Assembly: GCA_018304425.1 (NCBI GenBank)
Contig: JAGVWE010000003.1
Coordinates: forward strand, 64,001 to 128,000
Reading direction: 5' to 3'
DNA length: 64,000 nt
Origin: Candidatus Iainarchaeum sp.
GTDB taxonomy: Archaea > Iainarchaeota > Iainarchaeia > Iainarchaeales > UBA10219
The first letter of the stretch is position 1. Every line of letters begins with the position of its first letter. This document shows positions 9,440-17,715 of the stretch, one piece after another. Position numbers and translations under genes: made by a program. The notes under the pieces are model-generated. The model saw only the letters and a program-made list of their open reading frames with translations. It did no database searches and was not told where the DNA came from.

Positions 9440-10615
9440 TTAGGCCCTGGCTTTGACCGCTGCGCACTCCCGCTTCAGGAGTTCGGCCTTGTCCGTGCGC
9501 TCCCAGGTGAAGTCCGGGTCGTCTCGTCCAAAGTGCCCGTAGGCGGAGGTCTTGGCGTAAATCGGGCGCCGCAGGTTCAGGGCCTTTATCATGGCTGCAG
9601 GCCGGAAGTCGAAGTGCTTGAGGACCGCGTTGTACAAGGCCTTTTTGTCGACTTTCTCGGTGCCGAAGGTGTCTACCATGACGCTGATGGGCTTTGCCCC
9701 GCCGATGGCATAGGAAAGCTGTATCTCGCACTTGTCGGCGAGGCCTGCGGCAACCACGTTCTTGGCCGCGTAGCGCGCCATGTAGGCTCCGGACTTGTCC
9801 ACCTTGGACGGGTCCTTACCGGAGAATGCCCCGCCGCCGTGGTTGCCGATGCCGCCATAGGTGTCGACGATTATTTTCCGGCCCGTGCAGCCGGCGTCCG
9901 CAACGGGCCCGCCGAGAACGAACCGGCCCGTGTTGTTGATGAAGTACTTCGTGTCCGCGTCCGCCAACGCGCCGCAAACCGGCTGGATGACTTCGCGCTT
10001 GATGTCTACCCTGAGCTTGTCCAGGGAAACATCGGGGTCGTGTTGCGCGGCGATGACCACGGCTTCCACGCGCTTGGGCTTCCCGTTCGCGTACTCGATG
10101 GTCACCTGGCTCTTGCCGTCCGGCCTGAGGTAAGTGAGCACGCCTTTCTTGCGGACTTCGGCCAGCTTGTGGCAGAGCCGGTGGGCCAGCAGGATGGGCA
10201 GGGGCATCAGCTCCGGGGTCTCGTTGGTCGCGTAGCCGGACATCATGCCCTGGTCGCCCGCTCCGACTTCCTTGTCACCGCTCGCGTCCACGCCCAACGC
10301 TATGTCGGGGCTCTGCTTGTTGATGGAAGTCAGCACGCCGACGCTCTGCGCGTCGAAACCGTACTCGGGCTTGGTGTAGCCGACTTCGCGGAGGACGTTG
10401 CGCACGATTTGCTGCACGTCAACGTAGGTCCGGGTCGTAATCTCGCCCGTGACCAAGATGAAGCCGTTGCCGGCCATGGTCTCGCAGCCGACCCGTGCCA
10501 GGGGATCGTCCTTGTAAATGGCGTCCAGGATCGAGTCGCTGATGCGGTCGCATACCTTGTCCGGGTGCCCTTCCGTTACTGCCTCCGACGTGAACAAAAA
10601 GTCTCCGTTGCGCAT
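9440..10615 (-). CDS. metK: S-adenosylmethionine synthetase, bacterial/eukaryotic type
   Basis: [39 protein letters not shown] and AYGHFGR motifs; GGAGG RBS. Confidence 0.95.
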   Translation of the reverse strand: MRNGDFLFTSEAVTEGHPDKVCDRISDSILDAIYKDDPLARVGCETMAGNGFILVTGEITTRTYVDVQQIVRNVLREVGYTKPEYGFDAQSVGVLTSINKQSPDIALGVDASGDKEVGAGDQGMMSGYATNETPELMPLPILLAHRLCHKLAEVRKKGVLTYLRPDGKSQVTIEYANGKPKRVEAVVIAAQHDPDVSLDKLRVDIKREVIQPVCGALADADTKYFINNTGRFVLGGPVADAGCTGRKIIVDTYGGIGNHGGGAFSGKDPSKVDKSGAYMARYAAKNVVAAGLADKCEIQLSYAIGGAKPISVMVDTFGTEKVDKKALYNAVLKHFDFRPAAMIKALNLRRPIYAKTSAYGHFGRDDPDFTWERTDKAELLKRECAAVKARA

Positions 10616-10743
10616 GGTGTTTCCTCCCAAGAAAGAAGTATTCCCTGGATTAGATAGGGACCGGTTTATATTAATAATTTCCTGCTGTAATTATTCGCAT
10701 AAGAATAAATAGGGTTTTAAAGGGTTTGAGACAAGGGTATTTC

Positions 10744-11316
10744 ATGCTGCCGGAATTGGGCGACATCAAGTTCAGGCGCAAGCAGTTCGGCTTGACGCAG
10801 TCCGAGCTGGGCCACCGCGCCGGGGTCTCCCAGTCCCTCATCGCGAAAATCGAGGCCGGCAGCCTCGTGCCGAGCTATGAGAACGCCAAGAAATTGTTCG
10901 ACTTGCTGGACCAGCTGCACGAGGAAGTCAAGGTGAAGGCATCCGATCTGATGACGCACAAGGTGTTGAGCATCCCCAGCAACGCGAGCCTGGCGCGGGC
11001 CGCGAAGGCCATGAAGGAGAAGGGGGTGTCCCAGCTCCCGGTCATGGACAACGAAAAAATCGTGGGCACCCTTTCCGAGAAGGACATCCTGCAGCGCATC
11101 CATGACACGGATCACGCCATTGACCTGGGGCAGTTGACGGTTGCCGAGGTCATGGGCGAGCCGCTTCCCCTCATCCGGGAGGACACGACCTTCAGCCTTA
11201 TCTCCTCCCTGCTGGAACACTATCCGGCCGTGCTCATCGGAAAGAAAGGCAAAGCGGTTGGCATCATCTCCAAGTCCGACTTGCTGAAGGTCCTCCTTAA
11301 TAGAAAGAAGAAATAA
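10744..11316 (+). CDS. XRE-type HTH + CBS-pair transcriptional regulator
   Basis: GLTQSELGHRAGVSQSLIAKIEAG HTH; two CBS domains (SQLPV, GIISKSD). Confidence 0.9.
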   Translation: MLPELGDIKFRRKQFGLTQSELGHRAGVSQSLIAKIEAGSLVPSYENAKKLFDLLDQLHEEVKVKASDLMTHKVLSIPSNASLARAAKAMKEKGVSQLPVMDNEKIVGTLSEKDILQRIHDTDHAIDLGQLTVAEVMGEPLPLIREDTTFSLISSLLEHYPAVLIGKKGKAVGIISKSDLLKVLLNRKKK

Positions 11317-11341
11317 TAGTAGGCAGGGGGCGCCGGAGCAA

Positions 11342-11394
11342 AGGTTTAAATACGTAAGCCGCACATAGTAATGTAGGTAGTAACTTTTTACTAC
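11342..11394 (+). promoter_or_regulatory. Promoter P1 of the surface-protein cluster with downstream palindrome
   Basis: AGGTTTAAATAC (11342-11353), CATAGTAATGTAG (11364-11376), then inverted repeat GTAGTAA-CTTT-TTACTAC (11377-11394). Confidence 0.65.
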
Positions 11395-11441
11395 TAACGA
11401 GTGACAAAGGTTTCCACTCGGAAGGGAGGAGGGAGTATTGG

Positions 11442-11744
11442 ATGAATAAGGCAATGGCTTTGGCGTTGATTGCATTGTTTGCTTTGACCGCTTTGCCTAG
11501 CTTTGTCTCAGCCTATTATCCCTATGGGTATTATGGCGGCTACCGCCCCGGCGTTTATAACTACGGGGCACCGTATTATGGCTCGTACTATAACTACGCG
11601 CCAGGCTCGTACTACAACTACGCGCCATTCGTGTACAGCTACGCCTACTACAGGCCGGCCGTATACAACCGGTACTACGCCTACCCAATGGGTTACCCCT
11701 ATCAGTATGGGGGATGCGGCTGGGGTCCATGCGGGTATTGGTGA
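11442..11744 (+). CDS. Secreted Tyr/Gly-rich low-complexity protein
   Basis: Strong GGAGG RBS; Sec-type signal peptide ending VSA. The predicted mature 76 aa contain 28 Tyr and no Asp/Glu, with a GSYYNYAP tandem repeat. Confidence 0.8.
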   Translation: MNKAMALALIALFALTALPSFVSAYYPYGYYGGYRPGVYNYGAPYYGSYYNYAPGSYYNYAPFVYSYAYYRPAVYNRYYAYPMGYPYQYGGCGWGPCGYW

Positions 11745-11804
11745 AGGCAGTAACGGCATGAAGTCTTGCCGCCTAGCTTACAGCAGCGTTGAAAAGGGAA
11801 AAAC

Positions 11805-12332
11805 ATGCGGAAAACCATTTTACTGGCGGGAATGATGGTGCTTGCGTTTTTTGCAGGCAACGCCCTTGCCGCCCCGTTTTACTACTACGGCGAGCAACGG
11901 GCCACGCCTGACTACTTCAACAGCATCGACCCCTTGATCGGCTCGCCCTATTACCCGGAAACCGCCCGGACCTATAGCCTGCGCGGCTACTTCTTCCACC
12001 GCAACTACCCGGTGAGCGCGCTCTCCATGGCCTATGAGCCGCTACGCTCCGAGGAACGGTTTCCCTATGGCAACGTCTACTCGTATGACCCGTTCACGGG
12101 CCTGACCTATCTCACGGGCAGCAAAGGCTACCGGCCATTCGACTACCGCTACAACCAAGGCCTCGGCAGTGCCTGGAACGGCCAAGGCCTTTCGGGCCGA
12201 AGCGCCGGCCGAGACCCCTCGGGTCGAGGCCAGGGCTACCAGTACCTGGACGGCGTGGCCTATAAGCAGCCCGCGGCAGCCAGCCCGGGCTTTGACTTTG
12301 ACACGTATGCCAGAGGGGTAACCTACAGGTGA
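11805..12332 (+). CDS. Secreted Tyr/Gly/Pro-rich protein
   Basis: Signal peptide ending ALA; Tyr-rich mature region. Confidence 0.75.
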   Translation: MRKTILLAGMMVLAFFAGNALAAPFYYYGEQRATPDYFNSIDPLIGSPYYPETARTYSLRGYFFHRNYPVSALSMAYEPLRSEERFPYGNVYSYDPFTGLTYLTGSKGYRPFDYRYNQGLGSAWNGQGLSGRSAGRDPSGRGQGYQYLDGVAYKQPAAASPGFDFDTYARGVTYR

Positions 12333-12336
12333 AAAC

Positions 12337-13137
12337 ATGAAAACCACTGCCTATCTTTTGGGAATAATCTTTTTGGCCTTGTTCGCGGCCAACGCGTTCG
12401 CGCAGGCCACGGTCCAACAGAACCCCATCGATTACACGTACTACGGTTACCCGACGGACTACCCCCTTAACTATATCCTGAAGAATAAGTTCCAGTTGTC
12501 GGGACCGGCCATGTTCGACTTCCGGTTCCTCTCACGGTACATCCCCAACGGAAAGCCGAACATCCTCGAAGAAGGCGTGTGCGTGGACGACGCCTGCTAC
12601 TGCAAGGTGAGATACGGCTTGCACGACAACACGAGTCACGTGCTGCCGCGCGACTACCAGATTTACATCACGCACCACAACAGCGCCAGCGACTACTCCG
12701 CGCCCAGGGGCTCACACAAGGGCTTGTACATGGACTGCGGGCAAAGCGTTTACCCTCCGAACCCCTATTATCCCGGGGAACGGAAGCCGCCCTACGTGCC
12801 CCAGGCTTACACGGCTGAAACCCTGGGCTCCAAGTACGGGACTCCGGTCAGCTGGAGCGTGGCCTATGACTACGCGAAGAACCTGCTCAAGCAACAGCCG
12901 CAGTCGGCCTACACCTACCAGCAGTTCTACGGCTATGGGAACACAAGCAACCCGCAGTTCAACCAGTACACGCGCCAGGGCGCCTACGACTGGGGGTATC
13001 CCATTAACACGACCTACAACCCCTACCAGACCGGAAGCTCTTACCAGGGGCCTACCAGCATTGGAGACCCCCTAGCGGGGGCAGGCGGCTATAGGACCAC
13101 CTACCGGCCGGGGTATACCTATCCCTACAATGGGTGA
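12337..13137 (+). CDS. Secreted Tyr/Pro/Gln-rich protein with a small Cys/His-containing core
   Basis: GGTGA RBS; signal peptide ending AFA; CVDDACYC...HH...H...C core; Tyr-rich tail. Confidence 0.75.
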   Translation: MKTTAYLLGIIFLALFAANAFAQATVQQNPIDYTYYGYPTDYPLNYILKNKFQLSGPAMFDFRFLSRYIPNGKPNILEEGVCVDDACYCKVRYGLHDNTSHVLPRDYQIYITHHNSASDYSAPRGSHKGLYMDCGQSVYPPNPYYPGERKPPYVPQAYTAETLGSKYGTPVSWSVAYDYAKNLLKQQPQSAYTYQQFYGYGNTSNPQFNQYTRQGAYDWGYPINTTYNPYQTGSSYQGPTSIGDPLAGAGGYRTTYRPGYTYPYNG

Positions 13138-15521
13138 AAACCATGCTGTCGCACAAAACTGTCCTCGCACTGGCCTTGTTGGTCTTGCTCGCTTCGAGCG
13201 CACTGGCCCAGACCTACAACTATTATAACCAGCCCACGGTCATCCCCGGGCAGCAGACTTCCAGGATTTCGCAGGCCGACATCGAGAAGGCCTTGCGGGA
13301 AATAGCCCGTGTCTACGGCCAAGTCCAGGGCAGGTTCATTGCCGAACAGCAGACCGGCTACCAGCTTCCAACCGTTGCCCAGGGACAGCCTTCGCTGGCC
13401 GGGCAACTGCAGAAGTACCTGCCCCAACCCACTGCCGCTGCCCAAGGACAACAGGCCAACCCGTTCCTGACCTATGGCTTCCAGCAGGACGTGACTGACT
13501 TGTTCAGCCGGGACTTCGTCCGGCAGCAACAAGGCGAGAACCCCCTGTACTCGCTGCCCCAGTACAAGCAGGACCCCCAGGCCCAAGCCGCTTACCAGCA
13601 GGCGCAACTCCCCGATTACCGGGAAGTGCGGCTGGTGGAATTGCGGGAGCGCAGCGTGCTCCAGGGAAACATGGAGTTCTTTGACGTGGAAATCAGGAAC
13701 ACGAACTTCATGCCCCGGGCCTATGCCTTGCACGTTGAGAAAGAGGATGCTTCCCTGAAGACCTCGCTGTCGGAGAGCGCGTTTTCGCTGGCTCCAGGCG
13801 AGGCCCGGACCGTGAAGGCCATCGTGGAGCCCACCAAGGAGACCAAGCCGGGCGCCAAGGCGGTTTACGTCGTGGTTACGAGCAGCCCCACCACGAGCGC
13901 CCCTACTGGCACTGGTTTGGGGCAACCCAGCTATTATGGCCAGGAATACGATTATGGTGGGGCCTCGGCTCTGGCCTCGGCTGCGGCCTCGGCTTTGCCC
14001 GCGCCCGTGATGGGGTTGCAGCGGCTGGTCGTTTCATTGGAGGACTTCCAGAAACCCGTCAAGGCCGAAACCGTCGTGTTGAAAGTCAACCGCCAGGAGT
14101 ATGACGTGGGCGCGAAGGGCTTTGACGTCCAGGTCAGCCCGAACAAGGTGGGCGGTTCGGACAAGGTAGAGGTCAGCATCGCTGAAGACTTTTTCGTGGG
14201 CAGCCAGCCTGCCGTGGTGGAAGTCCTGTTCATGGATGCGTTCGACAACGCGTACTCGCTTTCCTTTGAGTTGGTGCCCTCCAAGTACGAGGTCCAGGCC
14301 CGCAACCTCGAGTTCAAGGCCCAGGTCTTCAAGGCTTTGCAGTATGGCCGCGAGTTGCGGAACGCTTACTTCCGCGCGAGGGCTTCGACCGGCAAGTACG
14401 TGAAGAACAACGCGTACCAGTTGCAGGGGCCCCGGGCGTTCGTGAAGCTGGAGGAAACCATTCCAGTGGGCTCGAAGAATAACTTCGAGTTTTATGCGGA
14501 AGACCAGTTTGGCACTTACTTCAAGACGGTGGGAAGCTTCACCATCCGGTTCCTCGTGGCTCCCCAAGGCATGGGCTTGCCCGAGCAGGGCTACCGGGAG
14601 TACGGCAACAAGCAGGAGTACCGGGAACCGCTGACCCTGAGTGTCGTGGAAAAGCCGGTCTTGGCGGACGTGCTGCAGATTACCGCTTATCCGGCTGAAA
14701 TTAGCCTTAAAGGCGGGGAAAGCCGGGCTTTTGAGGTCAGCGTCTTGAATGCGGGCACGGAGCCGGCCAGGGACCTGGACCTGGCTTTGAGGGGGCTGCC
14801 GCAGGGCGTTGAATTCACGGCGAGCCAGGTGGATGAACTGCCGGCCGGAAAGTCCGCTGTGTTCAAGGCCACGCTGGCCACTGGTCTGGACGTCGAAAAA
14901 TCGTTCAGCCTGGAACTCGAGGCAAACGGCCTGGGCTTGATTGCCGCAGGCAAGGCATTGACCCTGAAATTGGAGCCCAAGCCACGGGTGTCCGAGCAGA
15001 ACCTGGTCAGCGAAGTCGTTGAACGCGAGCTCTCAAAGACCACGGTGAAGAGCAAGGTCTCCGACGAACAAATCAAGGCCGAAGTCGAGAAGATGATTTC
15101 CGCCCTGCAGTCCGAGGGCTTGAAGAAGGAGTCCGCCGAAAAAATCAGGGAACTGATTCCGGTGGACTTCGCCGTGAAGGCGAACATCTTGAATGCCGAG
15201 GGTGAGAAGGTGGACGCGCTTTACGGGATCAAGAAGGGCAAGGACTTGTTTGTCACGCGCGTGTATGACGGCATCGTGAACTCGGAGGTCAACCTGGACT
15301 ACGATACCTTGAACCGGTTGGCCGTGGAGAACATGGTGGGTTCCTTTGGCCAGGCGGGCCTGGTGGGCTTTGGGGTCAGCGACCAGGGAGTCGCAGTGGG
15401 TTTGGTCATCCTGGTGATTGGCCTGGTCGCCGTCATTTTGCTGTTCCGGGAAAAGCACAGTTCCAACGAGAAGTTCCTCCGCAAGCGGAACTTCGCCGTG
15501 ATTAAGGCCAAAAACCATTAA
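13134..15521 (+). CDS. Large membrane-anchored surface protein (Q/Y-rich N-terminus, Ig-like/NEW3-like domains, C-terminal TM)
   Basis: Signal peptide; beta-sandwich-type motifs (FSLAPGEARTV, VSVLNAG...LPQG...LPAGKS); hydrophobic helix followed by a basic tail. Confidence 0.8.
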   Translation: MKTMLSHKTVLALALLVLLASSALAQTYNYYNQPTVIPGQQTSRISQADIEKALREIARVYGQVQGRFIAEQQTGYQLPTVAQGQPSLAGQLQKYLPQPTAAAQGQQANPFLTYGFQQDVTDLFSRDFVRQQQGENPLYSLPQYKQDPQAQAAYQQAQLPDYREVRLVELRERSVLQGNMEFFDVEIRNTNFMPRAYALHVEKEDASLKTSLSESAFSLAPGEARTVKAIVEPTKETKPGAKAVYVVVTSSPTTSAPTGTGLGQPSYYGQEYDYGGASALASAAASALPAPVMGLQRLVVSLEDFQKPVKAETVVLKVNRQEYDVGAKGFDVQVSPNKVGGSDKVEVSIAEDFFVGSQPAVVEVLFMDAFDNAYSLSFELVPSKYEVQARNLEFKAQVFKALQYGRELRNAYFRARASTGKYVKNNAYQLQGPRAFVKLEETIPVGSKNNFEFYAEDQFGTYFKTVGSFTIRFLVAPQGMGLPEQGYREYGNKQEYREPLTLSVVEKPVLADVLQITAYPAEISLKGGESRAFEVSVLNAGTEPARDLDLALRGLPQGVEFTASQVDELPAGKSAVFKATLATGLDVEKSFSLELEANGLGLIAAGKALTLKLEPKPRVSEQNLVSEVVERELSKTTVKSKVSDEQIKAEVEKMISALQSEGLKKESAEKIRELIPVDFAVKANILNAEGEKVDALYGIKKGKDLFVTRVYDGIVNSEVNLDYDTLNRLAVENMVGSFGQAGLVGFGVSDQGVAVGLVILVIGLVAVILLFREKHSSNEKFLRKRNFAVIKAKNH

Positions 15522-15549
15522 CCCCCTGGAAAGCCTTGATAAGGCCTGG

Positions 15550-15567
15550 GAGGCTTATTCTAGCCTC
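15550..15567 (+). terminator. Hairpin between the two halves of the cluster
   Basis: GAGGCT-TATTCT-AGCCTC inverted repeat. Confidence 0.3.
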
Positions 15568-15583
15568 AATTGCCGCCAGAGAT

Positions 15584-15638
15584 AGGTTTAAATACTACCT
15601 CGGCAGCATGGTATATGTAGCTTGTTCACATGAACAAG
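15584..15638 (+). promoter_or_regulatory. Promoter P2 of the surface-protein cluster with downstream palindrome
   Basis: AGGTTTAAATAC (identical to P1), CATGGTATATGTAG, then perfect inverted repeat CTTGTTCA-CA-TGAACAAG (15621-15638). Confidence 0.65.
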
Positions 15639-15654
15639 TTAATCAAGGTGGGTT

Positions 15655-16191
15655 TTGGTGAAAAACACGGCAATCTTCCTGGCACTCTTGTTGGTGGTTA
15701 CAACCATCCGGGCAGAAGTCCTTGAACTGCCTGCCGAAGTCCAGTTTAGCGGACAGCCGGTCGAACTCTCTTTTAAGGTACGCAATGAGGCCTTCCAGGC
15801 CCTGCCGGTGCAGGTCGACGTCCAAGTCGTTTCCTTCAAGGTCCTGCGCAAGCCCGACCTCGTCCAACCCGGGGAAGTCCAGGAAATCCGGCTGCAGCTT
15901 CAACCCAGGAACGACCTCCTCGGCTCAACCTACCAGTCCACTATCACGGTCAAGATGGGGGCCCAGGAAACCCGGAAAGAAGTCAAATTCGTTTTCGGGG
16001 AAGCCCCCAAGCAGGCCCCGAAGAAAAATGCCCTCCCTCCAGCCACTCCAAAGGCTCCCACCGCATTCGCGGTGCTGCCCCTGGCCTTCAACGAGTTCAT
16101 GATGAACCTGGGGCTCGCGTTGCTGGCGGCCATTCTCTTGATTTCGTTCATTGCAAGGCTTACCAAAAGATTCATGCAAAACAGGGGTTGA
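15655..16191 (+). CDS. Small single-Ig-like-domain membrane-anchored protein
   Basis: Signal peptide, VQPGEVQEI beta-sandwich motif, Pro/Ala linker, PTAFAVL, TM helix, basic tail. Confidence 0.75.
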   Translation: MVKNTAIFLALLLVVTTIRAEVLELPAEVQFSGQPVELSFKVRNEAFQALPVQVDVQVVSFKVLRKPDLVQPGEVQEIRLQLQPRNDLLGSTYQSTITVKMGAQETRKEVKFVFGEAPKQAPKKNALPPATPKAPTAFAVLPLAFNEFMMNLGLALLAAILLISFIARLTKRFMQNRG

Positions 16192-16197
16192 AAAAAG

Positions 16198-17715
16198 ATG
16201 GACAAAGTCTTCCTCACGGGTTTGTTGATGGTCTTCCTGCTCGGATTGCCTGGTCTAGCCGGCGCCGTGACTTTCTCTGACCGGCTGCCAACAGGCGATA
16301 GCTCGAACGACCCCCTCCAAAAGATTGCCGTAACCCTTTCCGACCCGGACGGCATCAACAAGGACAAGGTTTACTTCGAAGTCGACGGCTTCAACTATGC
16401 CTTGAACGACCCCCGCATGAGCTATAACGAGGCCACGGGCCGCCTGGAATATACTCCCATCCGGGAGCGGGACGAACTCGACAAGGTGGACGTACTCGTT
16501 TCAGCCGAAGACACCCTGGGAGAAAAAGGCGAACTCCGGTTTTCCTTCACGATTAACTCCATCGGCCCGGCACCCATTGACTTCCTTTCCTTCGAAGCCG
16601 GCGTGCTCCGGTGGGCAAAGCCCTTGTCCCTGGACTCGGTGGCCAAGTACAAAGTCTACCGGGACACTTCCAGAATCAAGGACAACGGCAAGTCAGCCTA
16701 CTTCCTGGCCGAGGCTACGGGATTGAATTACACGGACTCCACAAGGGAAGAAGGAAAGAGATACTTCTACGCCGTTACGGCGGTGGACAACGCAGGCAGC
16801 GAAGGCCGGATTGCCTTGAACGTCTCCAGTGACGGACAGGTCTTCCCGGTCGGCCAGCCGGCTCCGGCTCCCCTGCCCCTGCCGTTCCCGGTTTACCCGG
16901 CACCCACTCCATTCCCTCCGACGGTGCCATACCCCGGCTTCGAAGGATTCGACCCTTACCCCCTGCCGAGCCCCAGCATCCCGTTCACGGGCCGCGTGGA
17001 CTTCGCTCCGAAGGGAGAAGTCATCCAACTCGAGCGCGGCGGCATTTCAAAGGCCGACTTCTCGGTCTCCAACGGTTTGCCCGTGGAAGTCACGGTCCGC
17101 TTCGAGATGAGTCAGGCCTCCATCGGCAACGGAACCGTTTTCATGTTCCAGCCCCAGAGCCAGCAGCTCCGCTACGGCAGGGGCTCCGGCTTCAAGCTCG
17201 CACCCGGCGAGACCACGTTTATCAGCCTGCCCGTAAAGGCCTCCGAACAGGCGTTGCCAGGCATTTACCTGCTGGGCATCGATTTAATCGCCTTGGACGA
17301 GGAAGGCCGCATGGTCTACTCGGACAGCTCCGGGGCGGAAGTGCAGGTATTCGCGCCCCTGCCCGAGCCTTTGGCTGCCGACCTGGTTCCCGCCAACTAT
17401 TACCAAGAGCTGGCACCGGTTGAAGACAACGGCCGCATCGAGGCCAGAATCGTCGAAGCGCCTCAGCCACTTATCCGCATCGCCGTGGAAGACGCCCAGG
17501 TTGCGCCCAAGCAAAAGGCAGCCGAGGCCGCAGCCGAGGCCAGAGCCGAGGCCCGTCAACCGCTGACCCAGGTCGCAGTCAAAGAGGCAGGCAATGCCCC
17601 TGCCGGGTTCTTCAACCTGGCCGCCATGACCACCCTGAACATGGCCCTCGGCTTCCTGGTGCTGGCCTTGTTGCTGGTGTACGGTTTAATCAGGCTTTCA
17701 GTGGAGAGGCGGTGA
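16198..17715 (+). CDS. Membrane-anchored surface protein with an FN3-like domain and Pro-rich linker
   Basis: Signal peptide; W...YKVYR...YTD...YFYAVTAVDNAGSEG (FN3-like); PAGFFNL before the TM helix. Confidence 0.8.
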   Translation: MDKVFLTGLLMVFLLGLPGLAGAVTFSDRLPTGDSSNDPLQKIAVTLSDPDGINKDKVYFEVDGFNYALNDPRMSYNEATGRLEYTPIRERDELDKVDVLVSAEDTLGEKGELRFSFTINSIGPAPIDFLSFEAGVLRWAKPLSLDSVAKYKVYRDTSRIKDNGKSAYFLAEATGLNYTDSTREEGKRYFYAVTAVDNAGSEGRIALNVSSDGQVFPVGQPAPAPLPLPFPVYPAPTPFPPTVPYPGFEGFDPYPLPSPSIPFTGRVDFAPKGEVIQLERGGISKADFSVSNGLPVEVTVRFEMSQASIGNGTVFMFQPQSQQLRYGRGSGFKLAPGETTFISLPVKASEQALPGIYLLGIDLIALDEEGRMVYSDSSGAEVQVFAPLPEPLAADLVPANYYQELAPVEDNGRIEARIVEAPQPLIRIAVEDAQVAPKQKAAEAAAEARAEARQPLTQVAVKEAGNAPAGFFNLAAMTTLNMALGFLVLALLLVYGLIRLSVERR

